Source: Candidatus Saccharimonadota bacterium
GTDB taxonomy: Bacteria; Patescibacteriota; Saccharimonadia; Saccharimonadales; Saccharimonadaceae
Direction: 5' to 3'
NCBI GenBank assembly: GCA_017418275.1
Contig: JAFONX010000011.1
Coordinates: forward strand, 2,050 to 66,049
Length of the DNA: 64,000 bases
Numbering within the stretch: the stretch's first letter is position 1; the number at the start of each line of letters is the position of its first letter. The notes below the pieces were generated by a model. The model worked only from the letters and a program-made list of their open reading frames with translations, was not told where the DNA came from and did no database searches. Shown piece after piece: positions 8,054-17,033 of this stretch. The translations under genes and the position numbers were made by a program.

Positions 8054-9274
8054 ATGAAAATATTAATGCTCGGATGGGAACTCCCCCCGAATAACAGCGG
8101 CGGACTTGGAGTAGCATGTCAGCACTTGTCCGAAGCGCTCGCTAAGCAGGGCGTTGATATTGATTTTGTGGTCCCTTACGAAGCCGAGCATCATCTTAAT
8201 AACGTGCGAGTTTTATCTGCGCTACACATTGATCCACTTTATCGTTTTGGCGGTAGCGCCTATGACAACAAGCGCATCGAAGAAAAGCGTTTTGCAACCA
8301 ACAACGGCAAAAAGCTCATGTCCATCCGTGACGTTCAGCGAGATTATTGTAAATTCGTCGAGCGCTATTTAATGGAGTTTAAGCCGGATCTCGTCCACGC
8401 GCACGATTGGCTTACTTATGAAGCTGGTATTCTAGCCAAGAAAAACTTTGGCATCCCACTCGTCGCGCACGTTCATGCCACAGAGTTTGATCGCGGTGGT
8501 GCCAAAGGAGGCAATCCACTCATTCACGAAATTGAGTACCAAGGTTTGGTTTGGGCTGATAAAATCATCGCCGTTAGCGAAGCTACCAAGCAGATTATTA
8601 TCGACCGTTATAAGATTCCAGCCGATAAAATTGATGTTGCATACAACGGCTTTGAAGCCCCACAAGATAACTATACCTTTGACAGATCAGATTACTCTTA
8701 TCTCATCAGCATGAAGAATAAAGGCTATACCATTGTTTCGACCGTTGGGCGTTTTACACTTCAGAAAGGTCTCTTCCATCTAATGCATGCCGCAGCCCGC
8801 GCAATCAAAATTCACCCAAAGATGCTATTCCTCTTTGCGGGTGACGGTGAGCAAAAGGAAGATCTCATGCGTTTATCTGCCGATCTCGGAATTTCAAGAA
8901 ACGTTATCTTTACTGGCTTCGTACGCGGCAAACAGCTCCGCGACGTGTACAGTATTTCTGATATTTTTGTTATGAGCTCCGTATCCGAACCGTTTGGCTT
9001 AACCGCCCTAGAAGCCGCCCATCATGGCAACGCACTCGTGATTACCAAACAATCCGGTGTAGGCGAAGTCCTCAATTCTATTGTGCGTTATGATTTTTGG
9101 GATGAAGATAAGCTAGCAGGTGCATTGGTAAATATTGCCGAAAGCCCTGCTCTTGTCACAACTCTGCGCGATGGCATTAAGCGTGAATACGGACGCATCT
9201 CTTGGGACGATGTTGCGGAAAAGTGCGTCCAAGTGTATGATGAAGTTAACAAACATAAAAGAAATAGGTTTTAA
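8054..9274 (+). CDS. Glycogen-synthase-like glycosyltransferase (GT4/GT5 fold, 406 aa)
   Basis: The N-terminus MKILMLGWELPPNNSGGLGVA matches the KxGGL-type motif of glycogen/starch synthases. The C-terminal EPFGLTALEA is a typical GT-B E-x7-E region. The gene sits next to a GH57 gene. Confidence 0.7.
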   Translation: MKILMLGWELPPNNSGGLGVACQHLSEALAKQGVDIDFVVPYEAEHHLNNVRVLSALHIDPLYRFGGSAYDNKRIEEKRFATNNGKKLMSIRDVQRDYCKFVERYLMEFKPDLVHAHDWLTYEAGILAKKNFGIPLVAHVHATEFDRGGAKGGNPLIHEIEYQGLVWADKIIAVSEATKQIIIDRYKIPADKIDVAYNGFEAPQDNYTFDRSDYSYLISMKNKGYTIVSTVGRFTLQKGLFHLMHAAARAIKIHPKMLFLFAGDGEQKEDLMRLSADLGISRNVIFTGFVRGKQLRDVYSISDIFVMSSVSEPFGLTALEAAHHGNALVITKQSGVGEVLNSIVRYDFWDEDKLAGALVNIAESPALVTTLRDGIKREYGRISWDDVAEKCVQVYDEVNKHKRNRF

Positions 9275-9289
9275 GAGGTAATACTGGGA

Positions 9290-10534
9290 ATGCGTTCCAT
9301 TGTCTTATATTTGCATATGCACCAGCCGTATCGGCTAAAACATTACAGTATTTTTTCCGTAAGCCACGATCACGATTACTGGACAGACAAAGATTGGTAC
9401 GCCGGTACCAATAATGAGCGTATTTTTAATAAGGTAGCCGAAAAGTCCTACCGCCCGATGCTCGCCATTCTCGAGAAATGCTTAAACAATTATCCTGGCT
9501 TTAAGGTTTCCCTATCTATTACAGGTACTTTTATTGAGCAAGCCCAAGAATGGGCACCAGACCTCATTGAAACCCTACAACGTATTTGTAAGACTGGTCG
9601 TGTCGAGATTGTCGCCGAGACCTATTATCATTCACTAGCCTTCTTCTTCGACCGTCAAGAGTTTGAAGCTCAGGTAGTTCAGCATCAGAAGATTATCAAG
9701 GAGCTTTTCGATGTTGAAACGCAAGTTTTCCGCAATACCGAGCTTTCTTATAACGACGATTTAGCAAAATGGGCAGACGGTTTTGGTATGAAGGGTATCC
9801 TTGCCGAAGGTTGGGACAAAGTCCTCGAGTGGCGCAGTCCAAATTTCGTCTATAGTCCAGCTAGTTGTAAGAACACCAAGCTGCTCATGAAGAACTATCG
9901 TCTTTCCGACGATATTGCCTTCCGCTTCTCCGATAAGCATTGGAAAGAATGGCCGCTTACCGTCGAGAAATATATCAGTTGGCTCGAAAAAGCCACACTG
10001 CGTGGTCCGCTCGTTAATCTCTTTATGGATTTTGAAACCTTTGGTGAAAATATTTGGGAAGATACTGGTATCTTTAAGTTCTTCGAGCATTTAGTCTACA
10101 GTTGGCTTCAAGACCAGGAAAACAATTTCCTAACTGTCAGCGAAGCATGTGATAGCGCGGTACCAAAAGCCGAAATTTCTATGCCGTGGACAGTGACTTG
10201 GGCTGATACCGAGCGTGACCTATCCGCTTGGCTCGGCAACTCTATGCAGCACGAAGCTCTGCAAGCCGTTTACGAGCTAAAAGGCGACGTGCTCGAAGCT
10301 AATGACAAAGATTTACTCGAAGATTGGCGTAGACTCCAGACGAGCGACCATCCGTACTATATGTGCACAAAATATTTCAACGATGGTGACGTGCATGCTT
10401 ACTTCTCGCCTTATGATTCGCCGTACGACGCTTTCCTGTATTACATGAACGCCTTACGCGATATGCGTGAACGTATTGACAAGATAACCGAGAAGAACAA
10501 AAAGCTCAGCGCTAATAAAACTAAGGAAGATTAA
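9290..10534 (+). CDS. Glycoside hydrolase family 57 protein (alpha-glucan-active, 414 aa)
   Basis: The N-terminus LYLHMHQPYR is the hallmark HQP region of GH57. Size and alpha-glucan gene context fit. Confidence 0.7.
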   Translation: MRSIVLYLHMHQPYRLKHYSIFSVSHDHDYWTDKDWYAGTNNERIFNKVAEKSYRPMLAILEKCLNNYPGFKVSLSITGTFIEQAQEWAPDLIETLQRICKTGRVEIVAETYYHSLAFFFDRQEFEAQVVQHQKIIKELFDVETQVFRNTELSYNDDLAKWADGFGMKGILAEGWDKVLEWRSPNFVYSPASCKNTKLLMKNYRLSDDIAFRFSDKHWKEWPLTVEKYISWLEKATLRGPLVNLFMDFETFGENIWEDTGIFKFFEHLVYSWLQDQENNFLTVSEACDSAVPKAEISMPWTVTWADTERDLSAWLGNSMQHEALQAVYELKGDVLEANDKDLLEDWRRLQTSDHPYYMCTKYFNDGDVHAYFSPYDSPYDAFLYYMNALRDMRERIDKITEKNKKLSANKTKED

Positions 10535-10543
10535 AGAAAATGC

Positions 10544-10572
10544 ACCGCAAAAACAACGCGGTGTTATTTCTT
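10544..10572 (+). terminator. Rho-independent terminator after the GH57 gene
   Basis: caccgc-aaaaacaa-gcggtg followed by ttatttctt. Confidence 0.65.
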
Positions 10573-10576
10573 ATGC

Positions 10577-10605
10577 TTGCAAAAGTTTGCCCTCTAGCGT
10601 ATGAT
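10577..10605 (+). promoter_or_regulatory. Sigma70-type promoter of the candidate sRNA
   Basis: TTGCAA (10577-10582), a 17-nt spacer and TATGAT (10600-10605). Confidence 0.5.
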
Positions 10606-10611
10606 GTGGGA

Positions 10612-10731
10612 ATGACACGCACTAGGGCGTGTTTGGACATTTCGTAGCTATTCGCCAACCCAAGAAAGGCAAAATTATGTCCAAACCCTAGAATAGCTAC
10701 ACCTTGGCCTCAGCAATAGCTGGGGCCTTTT
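10612..10731 (+). ncRNA. Candidate ~120-nt sRNA with interleaved (pseudoknot-order) perfect 10-nt complementarities
   Basis: The RNA has its own promoter and a terminator (ggcctcagc-aata-gctggggcc plus tttt, 10706-10731). A 5' hairpin is acacgc-actagg-gcgtgt. gtttggacat (10631-10640) is the exact reverse complement of atgtccaaac (10677-10686). gtagctattc (10644-10653) is the exact reverse complement of gaatagctac (10691-10700). No ORF longer than 11 codons is present, and the RNA is convergent with the 3' end of the pta-like gene. Confidence 0.45.
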
Positions 10732-10793
10732 ACTTGCTTGTGATAATTGGAGCCCACCAAAGAGAGATTCCTAGCAATCCGAAGATATCGAGC

Positions 10794-11552
10794 TTAGATC
10801 AAGCGAGCCAAACAGCGCGCAGTTAAAACAACATCTTCCGCCGTAGAACCGCGCGATAAATCTGAAACAGGTTTCGTGAAACCTAGCAAAATCGGGCCCG
10901 CTACCTTAGCACCGGCAAATTGCTCAAAAGACTTATATAAGATGTTTCCAGCATTAATATCTGGAACAATCAGGACGTTTGCCTTGCCGGCTACTTCAGA
11001 TTCCGGCGCCTTTTTAGCTCCAATGCGCGGATTAACCGCAGCATCAAGTTGCATTTCGCCATCGATCTTAATCTCAGGATGAAGCTCGCGCGTTTTTGCA
11101 ATCGCTTCATTCATCAAAGTCATCGTTTCATCTTTCCCGCCCGAGCCAAAAGTCGAAAAACTTAGCATCGCTAAACGCGGCTCATCATCGAGTAGCTTCG
11201 TAGCAGCTTCATATACAAGCTCGATAATCCGACACATTTGCTCAAGATTAGGATGCTTACAGGTTGCGCCATCCGAAAGGATTATCTTGCGACCGTCTGG
11301 AAATTCCGCATAAAACAGGCTTGTAAATAGTTTCACTTCTGGCTTTATAAGCCCAAGCTTATCCCGTGCAGTCAGAATCACGTCGCGCGAAGAGTAGTCT
11401 ATTCCCGCCACAATACCATCCACCGCGCCGTCAGCCAATTGCGTAAAAGCTTTGTCAAGAGATTGTACCTCGAGAACCGGCTCAATATCCGTCAACTCAG
11501 TTGCGGCTTGTTTGATATATTCATTATCTTCAGGGAATAAGATTCGCTTCAT
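10794..11552 (-). CDS. pta: Short phosphate acetyl/butyryl-transferase family protein (PTA_PTB, 252 aa)
   Basis: The C-terminal GFTKPVSDLSRGSTAEDVV matches the conserved Pta/Ptb DLSRG region, and IVPDINAGNILYK is also typical. The protein is shorter than a canonical Pta. Confidence 0.65.
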   Translation of the reverse strand: MKRILFPEDNEYIKQAATELTDIEPVLEVQSLDKAFTQLADGAVDGIVAGIDYSSRDVILTARDKLGLIKPEVKLFTSLFYAEFPDGRKIILSDGATCKHPNLEQMCRIIELVYEAATKLLDDEPRLAMLSFSTFGSGGKDETMTLMNEAIAKTRELHPEIKIDGEMQLDAAVNPRIGAKKAPESEVAGKANVLIVPDINAGNILYKSFEQFAGAKVAGPILLGFTKPVSDLSRGSTAEDVVLTARCLARLI

Positions 11553-11556
11553 ACCT

Positions 11557-12150
11557 CTATTTTAACATGTCAAGCCAAGCAATTAACTCCTCACTCCCGA
11601 GACGCGCCGCGTTTTCTTGCTCCATTTCCGCAATTTTTCGACTAAGCTTAGCAGCTTCGTCCGTCAAAGTCGCTTCAATCTCTTGATAATCTTTTGCCGA
11701 GCAGTATATTTCGCATTCTTTTAACTTAAGTAGCGCTCCATTTAGTTTCGCTAATTCCGGCTCAGTTTCAAGACCTTCAACAGCCTGCGGCTCCTTAACA
11801 CTCGCCTTGAGCTGAAGCAACAAGGCATTAAGCGACATAAGTTCCCTTGTTTTCGGACTATCTAGCGCCGCACGATAGTCCTCTAATTTTATCTTTTCGT
11901 CGTCCCGAAGATAAGGATAAATGTTCATCAGCGCCGCATCATAATCCACAAGAGCCGCACCATAGCGCTCTGTTTCACCCATGCGAATACTAGCCGAAAG
12001 TTTTACAACCGCTTCTTCAAGTTCACTAGCGTAGGCTTGGCGTTTTTCAGAAACATAGCTTCTCTTAGCATAGAGTAACAACGCCGTCTCGCTTGCTAAA
12101 GCTAGAATAACTAACAGAATACAGCCCAAGACAATCAATCGTTTTTTCAT
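11557..12150 (-). CDS. Hypothetical membrane-anchored or secreted coiled-coil protein (197 aa)
   Basis: N-terminal signal/anchor MKKRLIVLGCILLVILALA. The start overlaps the upstream gene stop in ATGA (12147-12150). Confidence 0.55.
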   Translation of the reverse strand: MKKRLIVLGCILLVILALASETALLLYAKRSYVSEKRQAYASELEEAVVKLSASIRMGETERYGAALVDYDAALMNIYPYLRDDEKIKLEDYRAALDSPKTRELMSLNALLLQLKASVKEPQAVEGLETEPELAKLNGALLKLKECEIYCSAKDYQEIEATLTDEAAKLSRKIAEMEQENAARLGSEELIAWLDMLK

Positions 12151-13928
12151 AACAATCCAGCTCCTTGTAAAGTAACATTAATTAAGTTCGCATATACCCT
12201 TCGACCTTCAAAATTCAAATGAATATGGTCATCATAAAGTAGCTCCGGATGCGAAACTGCAATTGACCACCAGTCTGCATAATATACTCCATCATGACTA
12301 TCCGCAAAGCTTTTAATTGCAGCGTTTTGCGTTTCGCGTGGTTGCTCCTCGCTAGCGTAGCCGGTTACAAATACTACAACCGAACCACGCGCACTATCCA
12401 CAACCTCCTGCATAATAGCATCCGTGAAAGTGCGTTCATTAGTCGCCAAGCTTACCACAACCACGGGTGGCACCGAGCCACTCGCCGCCGCCGAATCCAA
12501 AATTACATGCGCTTTTTCGATACCGCGCGACTCCATGGCATCTACATATACGCCAGGGATCGCCGCCTCAAGATCCGCTTTAGCGCCCAAGGTCACAGAG
12601 TCACCAATCACGAGCACCGAAGCGCTATTTATGTCCATACTTGGCGAAGCTGGCATGGGCGGGATCCAAGCGGTCGCAGCTTCTTTTTCGTCTGTTTCGG
12701 CTTGCACAGCGCGTTCATGCACGTTTTCAATTAACTCGCCCAAATCTAATGTTTGAACATAACTAATTTTTTGCGCCCCATGTTCGGTCTCCATCGCTTC
12801 GAGCTGGGTGGTAATATTCGACCTTGCCGGAATTGAACACAGAGAAAAAATCGCAAAGCCGGTCGGGAGCGCCAAACATATCAAACTATGACGCAGTTGT
12901 AGGCGCAGAATCCTCGTCGCTATAGTCGTCAGAATCAGGCTCAAAACCACACAGAGCACTACGTTGGTCGTCGCATTAATCTGAAAGATGCGCGGCAAAA
13001 GAATATATAGAGGCCAATGAAATAGATAAACACCAAAGGAATACTTACCTAAGTATTCTAATGGACGCAGTAGACGTGGCAAACTCGTACGTCTCCGTTG
13101 CAGGCGCAAAATCGCCGCCACAATAATAACGCCTAGTAAAGCCGCCAGTTGCAAAGAGCCCGCGAAAGCTTGCGAGAAATCGATCTTAATCGCTAATATT
13201 AGAAATGTTATCACCGCGGCAACCAGCACTGGTATAGCAGGCCAGCGACGGCGGCGACTCGGGTAAGGACGAAGAAGGCGCCAAGCCGCCAAAGCAACCC
13301 CACCATAAAACGCGAAAGCTTGTGTATCAGGCGCAAAATACGCTCGGTTTATTTCATCAAAGATAACCGCATAGGCATACATCAAAGCCGCCGAAATCAG
13401 CGAGATGCAGACCGAGAGCAAAAGCATGTGCTTGAGGACTTTTTTAAAACTCCGGGCTTTCAGTATAGCAAGGTTTAAAACAATCGGCAGACTCAGACAC
13501 AGTTGAAACTCAAGCGCCAAAAACCAACAATGCTCAAACAGGTTCGGCATAGTCAAATCTTCATAACTACCACCCTGCGCTATCTCCTGGATATTTGTAG
13601 AGAACAACAAGGCGAACAAAGCGTCCAAATGTAACCCTTCTAGCACGCCGTGCGGGCTAAAGAAGGCTAAGCAAAGCGTAAAAACGACACAAACAAATAG
13701 CGCCGGCCACAGGCGCATCAGGCGACGAAGGACAAATTTACCACCCCGAACGGCTTTTGTCTTTTTGTAGGTATTGAGTAATCCGGTTCCTAGCAGATAA
13801 CCCGAAATCGCCAAGAAGATTTCGACCGCCAAAAAACCGCCCGGCAAAACGCCACGAAAAAAGTGATATATCGCAATCAAAGCGATCGCAAAGAGGCGTA
13901 GAGTATCAAGCCCAACTACCCAACTCAT
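12147..13928 (-). CDS. OatA-like acyltransferase-3 membrane domain fused to an SGNH/GDSL-type hydrolase domain (593 aa)
   Basis: The N-terminal ~370 aa are polytopic with the acyltransferase_3 start (LDTLRLFAIALIAIYHF). The C-terminal soluble domain carries VLVIGDSVTLG, a GDS(L) block. TATAAT (13935-13940) lies 6 nt before the ATG. Confidence 0.75.
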   Translation of the reverse strand: MSWVVGLDTLRLFAIALIAIYHFFRGVLPGGFLAVEIFLAISGYLLGTGLLNTYKKTKAVRGGKFVLRRLMRLWPALFVCVVFTLCLAFFSPHGVLEGLHLDALFALLFSTNIQEIAQGGSYEDLTMPNLFEHCWFLALEFQLCLSLPIVLNLAILKARSFKKVLKHMLLLSVCISLISAALMYAYAVIFDEINRAYFAPDTQAFAFYGGVALAAWRLLRPYPSRRRRWPAIPVLVAAVITFLILAIKIDFSQAFAGSLQLAALLGVIIVAAILRLQRRRTSLPRLLRPLEYLGKYSFGVYLFHWPLYILLPRIFQINATTNVVLCVVLSLILTTIATRILRLQLRHSLICLALPTGFAIFSLCSIPARSNITTQLEAMETEHGAQKISYVQTLDLGELIENVHERAVQAETDEKEAATAWIPPMPASPSMDINSASVLVIGDSVTLGAKADLEAAIPGVYVDAMESRGIEKAHVILDSAAASGSVPPVVVVSLATNERTFTDAIMQEVVDSARGSVVVFVTGYASEEQPRETQNAAIKSFADSHDGVYYADWWSIAVSHPELLYDDHIHLNFEGRRVYANLINVTLQGAGLL

Positions 13929-13941
13929 ACCTTAATTATAA

Positions 13942-15297
13942 CTAATAAGGGAGAAGTGACTGATACCAATCTTGTAAATCCTGCAAAAGTGCCAAATTCT
14001 CGCCCTTTGCGGCTAGCTCCTGAATAGCCTTAATATACGCGTCTTTACGTGAATTAATACGACCGAGACGATACTTCTCCCATTTCTGATGCTCAGACTC
14101 CGTTAAGACATCTTCGAAGTTACGTGCCTTATAATGAAGCAACAAGTCCGGCAAGCGCTCATCGTCAAACTCTGGATCAAAGTGCGTCAAATCTGCCCGG
14201 CTCGCGCGACGCACTGCTAGACAAGTGCGACGATCTTTATTATCCAAGAAGCCATCATAGAGAGCCGATTCGCTATCTATCGCCGGCGGAAATTCCGGCT
14301 TTTCTTCGTTCTCTGTGCGCATACGTTCGATAAAATCCGGATGCGCGAGGAGGCTCGCCTTATTCTTTTCAATTGTAGCTTGGTCGAGCTTGATCTTCTG
14401 CCAACCATCAGCCTGCGTTAGAACACCAAGTGGAGCTACACATGGACAATGATTATATTTCAATTCTTTTACAATTGGATAGTAACTCTTGCGGTCTTTT
14501 TCAGCTAAGAGTTCGTCGAGATTGTAGCGTAAATCAAAAACTAGTACGCCAGAATTTTTGCTGGGCGCGATTGGATAAGCTACCGTCGTTTTGCCATATT
14601 CGCCAGAATAACGACCGCTCGTATAGACAAAGGCTTGCGGGCGCTCCAAGTTTACAAGTTTCATGACGGCTTTTTTGTCGCGCATCTCAAAGAGATATTT
14701 GTATAGTTGTGGCTGTTTATCCCGGACCAGGCGTGTAACACCAATTAAAGCGTTTACGTCAGATAAGGCATCATGCGCTGCTTCATGTTCGATGCCGTTC
14801 AGTTTTGTCATAAGCTCAAGACGGTTCGTCGCCTTACCCTCCTCGGTGACTGGCCAATTAATATTCTCTGGACGGAGTGCACGCGTCATACGCACAACAT
14901 CAAGTAAGTCCCAACGGCTACGCCCGTCGCGCCACTCGAATTCGTACGGGTCATAAAAATTGCGCCAAAAAGTGGCGCGCATAAATTCATCGTCAAAGCG
15001 AACCGAATTGTAACCGGTTGCAATTGTACCCTCTGTAAAAATCTCATCTGTAACATATTTACAAAACTCCGCCTCAGTCAGGCCATCCATTTGAGTCGAA
15101 AGTGGCGTGATTTTTGTTACCATAATGGCGTACGGACTAGGCAAAGTATCATTACAGAGCTTTACAAGGATATTGACTGGTTCGCCAATTGGATTAAGGT
15201 CCATATCGGTACGCTGACCGGCAAACTGCATAATGCGATCTTCGCGCGGATTTAAACCGGAGGTTTCTAGGTCATAAAAGAAAAAGCTCTGTTCCAT
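13942..15297 (-). CDS. sbcB: Exodeoxyribonuclease I
   Basis: The N-terminal DEDDh Exo I block is FFFYDLETSGLNPREDRIMQFAG, with HDALSDV as ExoIII motif. Length (451 aa) and the SH3-like and C-terminal regions fit. Confidence 0.8.
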   Translation of the reverse strand: MEQSFFFYDLETSGLNPREDRIMQFAGQRTDMDLNPIGEPVNILVKLCNDTLPSPYAIMVTKITPLSTQMDGLTEAEFCKYVTDEIFTEGTIATGYNSVRFDDEFMRATFWRNFYDPYEFEWRDGRSRWDLLDVVRMTRALRPENINWPVTEEGKATNRLELMTKLNGIEHEAAHDALSDVNALIGVTRLVRDKQPQLYKYLFEMRDKKAVMKLVNLERPQAFVYTSGRYSGEYGKTTVAYPIAPSKNSGVLVFDLRYNLDELLAEKDRKSYYPIVKELKYNHCPCVAPLGVLTQADGWQKIKLDQATIEKNKASLLAHPDFIERMRTENEEKPEFPPAIDSESALYDGFLDNKDRRTCLAVRRASRADLTHFDPEFDDERLPDLLLHYKARNFEDVLTESEHQKWEKYRLGRINSRKDAYIKAIQELAAKGENLALLQDLQDWYQSLLPY

Positions 15298-15315
15298 ACA
15301 GATATAATAGCACAG

Positions 15316-15340
15316 GAAAAAGCCCGGCTAACGCCGGGCT
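15316..15340 (-). terminator. Rho-independent terminator of the 15368-16120 gene
   Basis: On the minus strand: agcccggc-gtta-gccgggct followed by ttttt. Confidence 0.8.
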
Positions 15341-15367
15341 GCTTGAGCTTACAATAAATATATTTTC

Positions 15368-16120
15368 TCACTTTTCGTAGGCCACTTCTTCCACAAAGAA
15401 GGATAAGAAGCGGTCGACAAACGATACCTTCTTTTCCTCACTTGGCTGGCGATAGCGCGCAAGCACGAAGGCTCTGACATGATCAAGTCTGACTTTTTCC
15501 GAGACATTCATGTCGCGCACTTTCGCACGTACGGCACGGCGCTGCTCCTTATTGAGCGAACGGCACAGCCTTTTGAGTTTAAAGGCACAAATCCACTCGT
15601 GTATCCCCCAGGCCTCGTAGACATGGAGCTTAGCCTTTGCCTCCTTTGTCGTTTTCGACAGAAGAACTCTTGCAGCAATGCACTGCGTGAGCCTTATAAT
15701 CTGCGTCATGATCGACATAGTCAGCAACACTCCTATTTCCGTCAGGATCGCATACAGTTTCTCCGACATATTTGCATTCCAGAGAAGCTGAATAATCCCT
15801 GCGCCGTGATACTGATATACGAGACCCGCCATGACAACCGCATAGACTACAGACAAACACCAGTCGAAGCTAGTGCTCGGCAGAATGATCGCCAGACCAC
15901 TCTCGCCTCTCGGCGGTGCGCCACACGTTCTGCGCGGATCAGCCACCTTTCTGGCCTTGTTGCCCGCCGAATTATAGCGAGTAACGCGGCTGTTGATAGG
16001 ATTAATTCTCACGATCATCCAAGAAAAGATGATCACGACCACGAAGATCGCTATCGCGAGGACAATAAAGTCCCCGTCAATAGTAGGCGTAAAAGTATGT
16101 GTTCTTATATTATTTGTCAT
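15368..16120 (-). CDS. Hypothetical multi-pass membrane protein (250 aa)
   Basis: Start chosen at ATG 16120 (MTNNIRT), 8 nt after SD gaggggga. Several hydrophobic helices are present. The antisense 225-aa ORF is Arg-rich with no signals. Confidence 0.55.
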   Translation of the reverse strand: MTNNIRTHTFTPTIDGDFIVLAIAIFVVVIIFSWMIVRINPINSRVTRYNSAGNKARKVADPRRTCGAPPRGESGLAIILPSTSFDWCLSVVYAVVMAGLVYQYHGAGIIQLLWNANMSEKLYAILTEIGVLLTMSIMTQIIRLTQCIAARVLLSKTTKEAKAKLHVYEAWGIHEWICAFKLKRLCRSLNKEQRRAVRAKVRDMNVSEKVRLDHVRAFVLARYRQPSEEKKVSFVDRFLSFFVEEVAYEK

Positions 16121-16255
16121 TGTATAATTCCCCCTCAATTCTTAAAGTCCAATTAATCCGCGTAAGCTCAAGCAGATTACATCTTTGCAATTATACCACA
16201 AAGCAACAAAAAAGTCAATACGCTTATGTATTGACTTCCTGTTTTTCAAGCTGTT

Positions 16256-17005
16256 TTATTCGCCGCTTGTAACTTCTGCTTCAGAGTCGTCAGTTGAGGT
16301 AGTTGTACCAGAGTTACCGCCGTAATATAGTTCCATGTATAGATTAATATATTCGTCGGAATATTCTGGCTCTTCCTTGAGCGGAATAAGCATTACGACA
16401 AACTTAAGTGGGCTATTGGCTGGAATAACACCGTTATCTGTTTCGCCGTAAGCGAGAACGGATGGAATTGTAATCTCGCGAACGCCACCGATGCGCATAC
16501 CAGAGATACCTTCGAGCCAGCCCTGAATCATTGAAGTACTGCCCGTAAGTGGGAATTTAAGCGCACTTGGACTAGATGTATTATTTAGAGATGAATCAAA
16601 GATTGTACCATCCGACAACCATCCAATATAGTAGGCGGAGTAGTCGACGTTTTCTGTGCCGTCTTCAATCTTGTCGCCGTCACCTTTTTTGAGATCTTCA
16701 GTCTTTAGTTCGGTAACATCTGCAGCATTAAAGGCTTTGACGCGACTCTTATATTCGACGAATGTGTCAAAATACTTTTCGGATAGTTCGCCGGCAATTT
16801 TGTCCACCTCAGCCTGGTGCTCTGCCGCGAGCTCATTAAGGCGCTGTTGCTTTTCTTCCGAGACGGCACTTTGAGCATCTTTGTTGTCCTGACCAATCAC
16901 GATGCCAGCATAAATCGCAAAAGTCGAAGCAAGCAAAAGAATCGCCACAATTACAAAGAAGATGCGCATGCGCGGGCTAGTTGTTCTATCTTCGTTCTTT
17001 ATCAT
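16256..17005 (-). CDS. Membrane-anchored FKBP-type peptidyl-prolyl cis-trans isomerase
   Basis: SD ggaggt and an N-terminal TM (IFFVIVAILLLASTFAIYAGIVI). The C-terminal FKBP core is GWLEGISGMRIGGVREITIPSVLAYGE...PLKFVVMLIPL. Confidence 0.8.
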   Translation of the reverse strand: MIKNEDRTTSPRMRIFFVIVAILLLASTFAIYAGIVIGQDNKDAQSAVSEEKQQRLNELAAEHQAEVDKIAGELSEKYFDTFVEYKSRVKAFNAADVTELKTEDLKKGDGDKIEDGTENVDYSAYYIGWLSDGTIFDSSLNNTSSPSALKFPLTGSTSMIQGWLEGISGMRIGGVREITIPSVLAYGETDNGVIPANSPLKFVVMLIPLKEEPEYSDEYINLYMELYYGGNSGTTTSTDDSEAEVTSGE

Positions 17006-17033
17006 GTTTTACCTCCGTTTTCCTGCCCACCAG

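Noticed and set aside
15479-16156. 225-aa plus-strand ORF overlapping the 15368-16120 minus-strand gene
   Set aside because: The plus frame is Arg/His-rich without signals. The minus frame has an SD (gaggggga), hydrophobic helices and a terminator, so the minus gene was kept.
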